Shown here one piece after another: positions 25,155 to 32,000 of a stretch of DNA of 32,000 nucleotides (its first letter is position 1; every line of letters starts with the position of its first letter). Location: NCBI RefSeq assembly GCF_001564455.1, contig NZ_CP011391.1, forward strand, positions 930,001 to 962,000, given 5' to 3'. This DNA is from Faecalibaculum rodentium (GTDB lineage: Bacteria > Bacillota_I > Bacilli_A > Erysipelotrichales > Erysipelotrichaceae). The translations under genes and the position numbers were made by a program. Below the pieces are notes generated by a model, which was not told the DNA's origin, searched no databases, and saw nothing but the letters and a program-made list of their open reading frames with translations.

Positions 25155-27086
25155 ATGACACAAACATACAACGAAAATTCCATCGTGATTCTGGAAGGCC
25201 TGGATGCCGTCCGGAAACGCCCGGGCATGTATATCGGCTCCACCGACCGCCGCGGACTCCACCATCTGGTCTGGGAAATCACGGACAACGCCATTGACGA
25301 AGCCCTGAACGGCTTTGGCAGCGAAATCACCATCCGTCTTCACAAGGACGGCAGTGTTTCGGTGCAGGACCATGGCCGGGGAATGCCCGTGGGGAAGCAC
25401 AGCTCCGGAAAGTCGGCACTGGAAGTCATTTTCACTGTGCTGCATGCCGGCGGTAAATTCACGTCACAGGGCGGGTACCGGAATGCCGGAGGACTGCATG
25501 GTGTCGGAGCCTCTGTGGTCAACGCGCTGTCTTCCTGGTGTGAAGTCACTGTCCGGGATGGAAAGCATATATGGCAGATGAAGTTCACGGAGGGAGGCAG
25601 GCATGCATCCAGGCTGAAGGAGACCGGCACCTGCCGGGATACCGGCAGCACGGTACGCTTCCTGCCGGACCCGAAGATCTTCAAGGATACAAGGTTTTCC
25701 TTCTCCCAGATCTGTGAACGGGCGCAGGAGGATGCGTTCCTTCTGCCGAACCTGAAAATGACCGTGATCGATGAACGGGCCAGCAGTGTGAGGGAACGAT
25801 CCTACCAGTATGAAGACGGCCTGAAGGCGTTCATCCAGGAAGTGGACAAGGATCATGGGGTGATGCATGACCCGGTCTCCTTCTCGGGCGAGAGCCAGGG
25901 AATCCGGATTGCCGGCTGTTTTCAGTATACGGACGGCTACCAGGAAAACATTTTTTCGTTTGCGAACATGGTCCGCACCCGGGATGGCGGCAGCCATGAA
26001 ACCGGCGTCCGGCAGGCATTCACCAAAACATTCAACGAATATGCAAGAAAAAACGGGTTTCTGAAGGAAAAGGACAAAGGATTTGACGGCAGCGACATCC
26101 GCGAAGGTCTGTCCGTGGTGATCAATCTGGCCATACCGGAAGAACTGCTGCAGTTTGAAGGCCAGACAAAGGAAAAGCTCGGCACACCGGAAGCCAAAAG
26201 CGCCGTGGAGGCTGTCGTATCGGAAAACCTGCGCTGGTTTCTGGAAGAGAACCGCGAGACAGCCAATACCCTGGTCCGCAAGATCGTCCGGGCGGCCGCT
26301 GCCAGACAGGCAGCGCGAAAAGCCCGGGATGAAGCCCGAAAAGGAAAAGGCCGCAGCCGTGCGGAGCGGGTCCTGTCGGGAAAACTCGCAGCGGCCCAGT
26401 CGCGGGATGCCCGGAAGAAGGAGCTGTACCTGGTGGAAGGAGATTCCGCAGGCGGAAGCGCCAAACAGGGACGGGATGCAAAATACCAGGCGATTCTGCC
26501 TTTGCGCGGCAAGGTGCTGAACACAGAAAAAGCCACGCTGGAGGCAGTCGGAAAAAACGAGGAACTCAATACCATCATTCATGCCCTGGGCGCCGGGGTG
26601 GGGGCCAGTTTCACGCCCGAGGATTCCTCCTACTACAAAGTCATCATCATGACCGATGCGGATGATGACGGGGCGCATATCCAGAACCTGCTGCTGACGT
26701 TCTTTTACCGGTACATGCGGGGACTGATCGAACACGGAATGCTGTACATCGCCCTGCCGCCTCTGTTTCGCATTGCGAAGGGAAAAAAGGAAGTCTATGT
26801 GTACACCGACGAAGAGCTGGAAGCACAGAAAAAAGCCTTCGGAAGCGGCTACACTGTGCAGCGCTACAAGGGCCTGGGTGAAATGAACGCCTCCCAGCTG
26901 TGGGATACCACCATGGATCCGCAGAAACGCACCCTGCTGCAGGTCTCCATCGAAGACGGCCGGGTGGCAGAAAAGCGGGTATCCGATCTGATGGGTGACA
27001 GGGCAGACTTGCGCCGGGACTGGATCGAAGAGAACGTCGTGTTCACACTCGAAGATGAATATGCCAGGGAGGTGGCCAGAGGATGA
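25155..27086 (+). CDS. parE: DNA topoisomerase IV subunit B (ParE)
   Basis: ATG 25155 follows GAGGGGGAAA. It has the GHKL ATPase N-terminus (LEGLDAVRKRPGMYIGST, EITDNAIDE), the TOPRIM motif (ELYLVEGDSAGGSAKQGRD), and PLRGKVLN and IMTDADDDGAHI. Assigned ParE rather than GyrB because of plsY-parE-parC synteny and the ParC-like partner. Confidence 0.85.
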   Translation: MTQTYNENSIVILEGLDAVRKRPGMYIGSTDRRGLHHLVWEITDNAIDEALNGFGSEITIRLHKDGSVSVQDHGRGMPVGKHSSGKSALEVIFTVLHAGGKFTSQGGYRNAGGLHGVGASVVNALSSWCEVTVRDGKHIWQMKFTEGGRHASRLKETGTCRDTGSTVRFLPDPKIFKDTRFSFSQICERAQEDAFLLPNLKMTVIDERASSVRERSYQYEDGLKAFIQEVDKDHGVMHDPVSFSGESQGIRIAGCFQYTDGYQENIFSFANMVRTRDGGSHETGVRQAFTKTFNEYARKNGFLKEKDKGFDGSDIREGLSVVINLAIPEELLQFEGQTKEKLGTPEAKSAVEAVVSENLRWFLEENRETANTLVRKIVRAAAARQAARKARDEARKGKGRSRAERVLSGKLAAAQSRDARKKELYLVEGDSAGGSAKQGRDAKYQAILPLRGKVLNTEKATLEAVGKNEELNTIIHALGAGVGASFTPEDSSYYKVIIMTDADDDGAHIQNLLLTFFYRYMRGLIEHGMLYIALPPLFRIAKGKKEVYVYTDEELEAQKKAFGSGYTVQRYKGLGEMNASQLWDTTMDPQKRTLLQVSIEDGRVAEKRVSDLMGDRADLRRDWIEENVVFTLEDEYAREVARG

Positions 27087-29575
27087 AGAAGAAAGCGGAA
27101 ACCGCCGCAGGGAACAGCCAGGGAATCGTCAGGACGCTGCCGCTGGAGGAGATTCTTTCCGACCGGTTCGCCAGATATTCCAAATACATCATCCAGGAAC
27201 GGGCCCTGCCCGATGCCAGAGACGGGCTGAAACCCGTTCAGCGGCGGATCCTCTATGCCATGCAGGAAAGCGGAAATACCTGGGACAAGCCGTATCATAA
27301 ATCGGCAAAAACCGTGGGCAACGTCATTGGCAACTATCATCCGCATGGTGACATTTCCGTGTACGACGCCATGGTGCGGCTGTCACAGGACTGGAAAATG
27401 AATTTTCCGCTCATTGACATGCAGGGAAACAACGGATCCATTGATGACGATCCGGCGGCTGCGATGCGATATACGGAAGCAAGACTGGCACCGGTGACCG
27501 GCATGCTGCTGCAGGATATCGACAAGGATACCGTGGAGTGGGCACCGAACTTCTCCGATGAAAAAATGGAGCCGACAGTCCTGCCGGCCCGATACCCGAA
27601 CCTGCTGACCATGGGGATTTCAGGGATCGCGGCAGGTTATGCCACGAACATTCCGCCCCACAACATGACGGAGATCCTGGATGGGGCCATTGAGCTGGCC
27701 AGAAACCCGGACTCCAAAAAGCTCTATGACATCGTCCAGGGACCGGATTTTCCCACTGGCGGCATTGTCATGGGCCGGGATGGCATCCGGTCGGCGTTCG
27801 ATACCGGGCGCGGCAGGATCATCATCCGGTCCAAATGCGACATAGTCCCGGGAAAAACCGTGGATCAGATCATTGTCACGGAGATTCCCTATGAGGTCGT
27901 GAAGTCTGGACTCGTGAAGAAAATCGACGACATCCGCCTGAACCGCAAGGCAGAAGGGATCCTGGATGTCCGGGATGAATCCGACCGGAACGGTCTGCGG
28001 ATCGCCATTGATCTGAAAAAGGATGCACCGGCGGAGACGATCCTGAACTACCTGTATAAAAACACCGATCTGCAGGTTTCTTTTTCCTACAACATGATCG
28101 CCATTGTAAACCGGCGGCCAGTCCTTCTGGGACTGCGTCAGGCGATTCTCGCATTCCTGGACCACAGACGGGAAGTCATCCTGCGGCGGTCGGCGTTTGA
28201 CCTGAAGAAAAAACAGGAACGGGCGCATATACAGGAGGGACTGATCAAGGCGATTTCCATCATGGATGAAGTCATTGCCCTGATCCGGGGCGCCCGGGAC
28301 AAGGCGGATGCCAAAAGCCGGCTGATGGAACACTTTGCATTTACGGCAGCACAGGCGGAAGCCATTGTCATGATGCGGCTGTACCGTCTGTCGCATATGG
28401 ATATCACCCAGCTCGAGCAGGAGTATGCCCAGCTGGAATCAGAGATCGCCGAACTGGAAAAAATCCTGGCCCAGCCAAAGGAACTCGACCGTGTCCTGAC
28501 CACGGAGCTCAGGGAAGTCCGCAGGAAGTTCCCCATGCCCCGGAAATCGCAGATCGTGGATGAAGTGGAGTCCATCGTGATCGATCCCATGGCCATGATT
28601 CCCGATGAACCGGCGATGCTGGCTGTTACCAGACAGGCGTATGTCAAGCGCAGTTCCCTGCGTTCCTATAATGCATCCGGGACAGACCTTCCGGGCCTCA
28701 AGGAGGGAGATGAAGTTCTGGCCGCGGGTGAACTGCGGACCAGAGACCAGCTGCTGGTATTCACGGAACGCGGCCGGGCCGGCATTGTACCGGTCTGGCA
28801 GCTGGAGGAATCCCGCTGGAAGGATACAGGCATGCATCTGTCTGCGCTCCTGAAAACAGAACCCAATGAACAGGTGGCTGCAGTCTTTGTCCTTCGACAG
28901 ACAGTCGAACACCTGCAGGTCGTCCAGGTGTCAGCCCACGGCCAGATCAAACGCTCGGATATTGCGGATTTCACTGCCCTCAAACCGGGCCGTCTGACGG
29001 TGTCCATGAAACTGGGAGACCTGGACCGGCTAAACTCTGTAGTCATATCCCGGAGTCCGGAGGACCGCCTCGGTCTGATGTCCGTCCAGGGCCTGGGCCT
29101 GCAGTATGAGGTGCAGGAGATTCCGCAGTCCGGGCTGAAAACCAAAGGGGTCCGGGGTCTTTCGCTTGTGCCTGATGACGAAATTGCTGCCGTGCACGTC
29201 CTTGATCAGGAGCCGGTGGTGATTCTGGCAGCCGATGGCAGTCTCAAGCGCCTGAAGCGGGAAGAACTGCCGGTACTTCGAAGACCTGCAAAGGGACAGC
29301 GTATGTTCAAGCAGGTCAAAAGCCGCGGGTACACCATCAGCGACATGGACTGCCTGCCGGTGCATGAATCTGTGGAACTGGTCAGCGGGTCTGATCATTC
29401 CACGATCCGTGCTTCGGAAATTCCGCTGATGACAGCCGCCAGCACTTTCTCACGCCATTCGGCCAGTCTGGAACAGGGCCGGTTCCTGGAACGTCTGCAG
29501 CCGCTTGAAAACGGAACCTGGGCAGCTGATGAAAAAGAAGGCACAGTGCAGCCGACGCTCTTTGATGAAGGCTGA
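27083..29575 (+). CDS. parC: DNA topoisomerase IV subunit A (ParC)
   Basis: ATGA overlap with the parE stop. The N-terminus is [30 protein letters not shown] and the QRDR reads [17 protein letters not shown], followed by [10 protein letters not shown]. The CTD lacks a GyrA box (no QRRGGKG-like motif where GyrA has it), supporting ParC. Confidence 0.85.
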   Translation: MKKKAETAAGNSQGIVRTLPLEEILSDRFARYSKYIIQERALPDARDGLKPVQRRILYAMQESGNTWDKPYHKSAKTVGNVIGNYHPHGDISVYDAMVRLSQDWKMNFPLIDMQGNNGSIDDDPAAAMRYTEARLAPVTGMLLQDIDKDTVEWAPNFSDEKMEPTVLPARYPNLLTMGISGIAAGYATNIPPHNMTEILDGAIELARNPDSKKLYDIVQGPDFPTGGIVMGRDGIRSAFDTGRGRIIIRSKCDIVPGKTVDQIIVTEIPYEVVKSGLVKKIDDIRLNRKAEGILDVRDESDRNGLRIAIDLKKDAPAETILNYLYKNTDLQVSFSYNMIAIVNRRPVLLGLRQAILAFLDHRREVILRRSAFDLKKKQERAHIQEGLIKAISIMDEVIALIRGARDKADAKSRLMEHFAFTAAQAEAIVMMRLYRLSHMDITQLEQEYAQLESEIAELEKILAQPKELDRVLTTELREVRRKFPMPRKSQIVDEVESIVIDPMAMIPDEPAMLAVTRQAYVKRSSLRSYNASGTDLPGLKEGDEVLAAGELRTRDQLLVFTERGRAGIVPVWQLEESRWKDTGMHLSALLKTEPNEQVAAVFVLRQTVEHLQVVQVSAHGQIKRSDIADFTALKPGRLTVSMKLGDLDRLNSVVISRSPEDRLGLMSVQGLGLQYEVQEIPQSGLKTKGVRGLSLVPDDEIAAVHVLDQEPVVILAADGSLKRLKREELPVLRRPAKGQRMFKQVKSRGYTISDMDCLPVHESVELVSGSDHSTIRASEIPLMTAASTFSRHSASLEQGRFLERLQPLENGTWAADEKEGTVQPTLFDEG

Positions 29576-29585
29576 GGTGGAAGTG

Positions 29586-30509
29586 ATGAGACAGGACAGT
29601 CCTGACAGGCTTCAGCGGCAGGCCATCGTGTTCTGCCTTCTGACAGGAGCCATCTGGGGGTTCGGATTCATTGCCACCAGTCAGTCTCTCTCGGCTTTCG
29701 GTGCATTCCAGGTTCTGCTGATCCGGTTTGCCGGTGCCGCGGCTCTGGCATGGATCCCGGTCCTGACGAACCGGAAATCCATCACGAGGCAAAGCCTGAC
29801 CCGGGGTGTGGTCTGCGGCCTGTTCCTGTTTGGAGCATTTGCACTGCAGACACTGGGACTGGACCTGACTGAAGCGGGATCCAATGCGTTTTTCACATCC
29901 GCCAATGTGGTGCTTGTACCGTTTCTGGCCTGGGCGGTGTTCAGAAAGCCCCCGGCTCTGCGTCAGTTCGGTGCCTGTCTTCTCTGTTTTGCAGGTATTG
30001 GACTCATGGGATGGACAGCCGGCGGCTTTTCCCTCCGGACAGGCGATCTCCTGTCCCTGGGCTGCGCCCTGCTGTTTGCCTGTCATATCGTGAGTCTGCA
30101 ATGGGCTGCCGGACAGGATCCGGATGTGATCAATGCCATACAGATGAGCGTGGCTGCACTGCTTTCGGCTGTGCCTGGACTCTCTGTAAGGTGGCCTGCC
30201 CATCCCGGGCTTCTGCCGGTGCTTTCCCTGGTGTATCTCATCGCGGGCAGTACGTGGCTTGCATTCTGGCTGCAGACAAGGGCACAGGAACACCTGGAGG
30301 CCTCAAGGGCGAGTCTGCTGCTGGCAACAGAGAGCCTGTGGGCCAACCTGTTTGCAGTCATTTTCCTGAAGGAGAGACTGTCGCCTGCCATGGCTGCGGG
30401 CGGCCTTCTGATCCTGACGGCGGTGTATCTGACAGAACAGCCTGCCTCTGTCCGGAAGACGGCTTCCACGACGGAGCCTTCTTCCGCGACTCAGACAGAA
30501 GAACCATAA
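29586..30509 (+). CDS. EamA/DMT-superfamily transporter
   Basis: ATG 29586 follows GAGGTGGAAG. About 10 hydrophobic helices are arranged as two EamA-like halves, followed by a hydrophilic Ser/Thr-rich C-terminal tail. The track ORF start at 29505 lies inside parC. Confidence 0.85.
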   Translation: MRQDSPDRLQRQAIVFCLLTGAIWGFGFIATSQSLSAFGAFQVLLIRFAGAAALAWIPVLTNRKSITRQSLTRGVVCGLFLFGAFALQTLGLDLTEAGSNAFFTSANVVLVPFLAWAVFRKPPALRQFGACLLCFAGIGLMGWTAGGFSLRTGDLLSLGCALLFACHIVSLQWAAGQDPDVINAIQMSVAALLSAVPGLSVRWPAHPGLLPVLSLVYLIAGSTWLAFWLQTRAQEHLEASRASLLLATESLWANLFAVIFLKERLSPAMAAGGLLILTAVYLTEQPASVRKTASTTEPSSATQTEEP

Positions 30510-30536
30510 CGGGCCCAGGGGACAGATGTCATCAGA

Positions 30537-30554
30537 TTGTGGGAAATTTCACAC
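30537..30554. promoter_or_regulatory. Rex-box-like inverted repeat
   Basis: TTGTGGGAAATTTCACAC compared with the Firmicute Rex consensus TTGTGAA-N4-TTCACAA gives 11/14 matches in the half-sites. It lies about 10 nt upstream of the candidate yneF -35. Confidence 0.3.
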
Positions 30555-30564
30555 AGGTTCTCAG

Positions 30565-30593
30565 TTGTGTTACATTCTGTGGAACGGTAAAAT
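30565..30593 (+). promoter_or_regulatory. Candidate yneF promoter
   Basis: TTGTGT, 17-nt spacer, TAAAAT (30588-30593), 26 nt upstream of ATG 30620. The -35 is weak. Confidence 0.35.
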
Positions 30594-30619
30594 AGCGGAA
30601 GAAGAAATGGGGTACGAAC

Positions 30620-30835
30620 ATGAATTTCTGGGCGTCTGTCGGATTTACCCTTGTAGGCCTGATCATCGGGGCTGTACTGGGATTCTATTTCACAAAACGT
30701 AAATTCGAAAAGGAACTGAAGGAGAACCCGCCGATCAACGAAAAAATGATCCGGGCGATGTTCCTGCAGATGGGACGCAAACCCAGCGAGGCACAGATCC
30801 GGCAGATCATGAAGTCGGTCAATGCAAACCGCTAG
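30620..30835 (+). CDS. yneF: UPF0154 (YneF) family small membrane protein
   Basis: 71 aa with a single N-terminal TM. The characteristic sequence is FYFTKRKFEKELKENPPINEKMIRAMFLQMGRKPSEAQIRQIMKSV. Confidence 0.85.
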   Translation: MNFWASVGFTLVGLIIGAVLGFYFTKRKFEKELKENPPINEKMIRAMFLQMGRKPSEAQIRQIMKSVNANR

Positions 30836-30997
30836 GGGGAGCCGATCCCTTTTTTTGTGCCGTTTTGGACCCAGCCATCAGACCTGACAGCCCTGTCTTT
30901 CTGGAAAGCCGAATGACTGGCCACCGTCTGCAGGTACATGACAGCGCTGTAAGACAGAATCACGGCGGCAGATGGTAGAGTGGAAGCAGGTGATAAC

Positions 30998-31714
30998 ATG
31001 AAACGGTTTTTGCGAAACTGCCTGCTGATCCTGCTTCTGCTGGTAACTTGCGCAGGTGGATACATTGTGTGGCAGGGCTACGAAAAGGCACAGGAGATCA
31101 CAGCTGAAGTGAGTCTGGAACAGGCTGCGCAGCGGACCATGGCGGCTGCGGACTATACACCCCCTGACCAGATTCCGGAGACATTGAAGGAAGCCACTGT
31201 GGCGATCGAAGACAGGCGGTTTTATGAACATCAGGGCCTGGACATCATCGGTCTGCTGCGGGCAGCAGCCAGTCAGTTTCTGCCGGATATGGTCCGCAGC
31301 GGCGGCAGCACCATTGGGCAGCAGACGGTCAAGAACCTCTATGGACTGTTTGAGCCGACGCTGGAAATCAAGGTTGCCGAAGTCTTTCTGGCCAGTCAGC
31401 TCAATGATCTGTACTCCAAGGACGAAATTCTGACGCTGTACATGAACATCATAAACTATGGAGATGGTCATATCGGGATCACGAATGCAGCCAGGGGATA
31501 CTTCGGGGTGGAGCCGGCGGGACTCAGTCAGAGCCAGTGTGTCATACTTGCGGGAATTCCCAACAGTCCGGCCAACCTGCAGCTTTCGAATCACTATGAG
31601 GCTGCAAGGAACCGGGAGCAGCTGATTCTGCAGGCCATGGTCCGGGAAGAATATATTTCCCGGGAGCAGGCAGATGCGATCTGGAACGAACCTGTCTTTC
31701 TGCAGCAGTCCTGA
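30998..31714 (+). CDS. Monofunctional peptidoglycan glycosyltransferase (GT51 transglycosylase)
   Basis: ATG 30998 follows AGGTGA; the track start GTG 30980 is the alternative. It has an N-terminal TM anchor and GT51 motifs (AIEDRRFYEHQGLD, GGSTIGQQTVKN, GIPNSP). There is no transpeptidase domain. Confidence 0.85.
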   Translation: MKRFLRNCLLILLLLVTCAGGYIVWQGYEKAQEITAEVSLEQAAQRTMAAADYTPPDQIPETLKEATVAIEDRRFYEHQGLDIIGLLRAAASQFLPDMVRSGGSTIGQQTVKNLYGLFEPTLEIKVAEVFLASQLNDLYSKDEILTLYMNIINYGDGHIGITNAARGYFGVEPAGLSQSQCVILAGIPNSPANLQLSNHYEAARNREQLILQAMVREEYISREQADAIWNEPVFLQQS

Positions 31715-31730
31715 GGTGCTGCTTTTTTTT
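31702..31730 (+). terminator. Intrinsic terminator after the transglycosylase gene
   Basis: GCAGCA-gtcctgagg-TGCTGC followed by T8. The stem includes the stop codon. Confidence 0.7.
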
Positions 31731-31879
31731 GTGATATTCCCGCAGATGCCGGGCAGGTGGACCCGGACTTCAGTCTGCAGCAGGGTCTGCGGGATGGAAA
31801 GGTTTCCAAGGGTACACGACAGGCAGTACAATAGATAGGATAGCCGGCGGCAGGTTCCGGCTGAATAGAGGTGCAAATC

Positions 31880-32000
31880 ATGGAAAAAGCGGAGAAACTG
31901 GCGCCACAGGGCCGGCATGAGGAAGCGGTTAAGGAACTGACGGCATGGCTGAAGGATCATGGCCCCAGCGACAGGGCACACGCGATGCTCATGTCAGAAC
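31880..32000 (+). CDS. 5' end of an unidentified CDS running off the window
   Basis: ATG 31880 follows AGAGGTG. Translation is MEKAEKLAPQGRHEEAVKELTAWLKDHGPSDRAHAMLMSE..., open to the window edge. It is too short to assign; it may be TPR-like. Confidence 0.35.
   Translation, partial: MEKAEKLAPQGRHEEAVKELTAWLKDHGPSDRAHAMLMSE

Noticed and set aside
25464-26735. 423-aa ORF antisense to parE
   Set aside because: This is an antisense shadow ORF of a GC-rich gene. The parE frame carries the GHKL and TOPRIM motifs.
25155-29575. Alternative assignment of the type IIA topoisomerase pair as gyrB-gyrA
   Set aside because: Adjacency to plsY and yneF matches the Bacillota parE-parC locus. The A subunit lacks a GyrA-box in its C-terminal domain and resembles Gram-positive ParC at the N-terminus. 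A phylogeny would settle the question.
30878-31981. 367-aa minus-strand ORF spanning the transglycosylase gene and both flanking intergenic regions
   Set aside because: It runs through the + strand terminator at 31702-31730 and the GT51 gene. It has no motifs. The + strand genes have RBSs and clear family signatures.
1-32000. Looked for CRISPR repeats, tRNA/rRNA genes, IS elements or terminal inverted repeats, integrases, toxin-antitoxin pairs and known defence-system signatures
   Set aside because: None was seen by eye. There are no periodic short repeats, no cloverleaf-like conserved tRNA motifs in intergenic regions, no transposase or recombinase motifs, and no compositional break suggesting an island. 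A covariance-model and HMM scan is still advisable.

Overview
This is a core-chromosome window from a visibly GC-rich member of the Bacillota; GC content and taxon were judged by eye and not computed. Gene content and order mirror the Bacillus subtilis ylb/ymd/ymc/ymf/yne neighbourhoods. In order: FNT channel, ruvA-ruvB-recJ-apt-rel, two tandem Sel1-like repeat proteins, a minus-strand tmcAL(ylbM)-DUF218 pair, GNAT, an orphan OppA-type lipoprotein, a YtcJ-like amidohydrolase, yceD(ylbN)-rpmF, rny, a 2x[4Fe-4S] ferredoxin, miaB, an RNase J paralog directly abutting ftsK, a Rid-family protein, a short ComK-like ORF and plsY on the minus strand, parE-parC, an EamA transporter, yneF, a GT51 transglycosylase and a partial ORF at the 3' edge. 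About 30 CDS are supported, mostly on the + strand. Two are absent from or masked in the ORF track: rpmF (58 aa) and the true 58-aa ferredoxin. Several good intrinsic terminators and sigma-A-type promoters are readable. I found no rRNA, tRNA, CRISPR array, IS element, integrase or phage genes, and no convincing multi-gene defence or otherwise novel system. The region looks like ordinary housekeeping DNA. The leads worth a second look are residue-level or regulatory. ParC has Ile at the fluoroquinolone hotspot. The RNase J paralog has several catalytic metal ligands replaced. The Rid protein lacks the catalytic Arg. A truncated ComK-like ORF overlaps the plsY 3' end. A cytoplasmic Sel1-repeat pair follows rel. 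There are also a few perfect palindromes and operator-like sites in promoter regions. All homology statements come from motif recognition by eye and need database confirmation.
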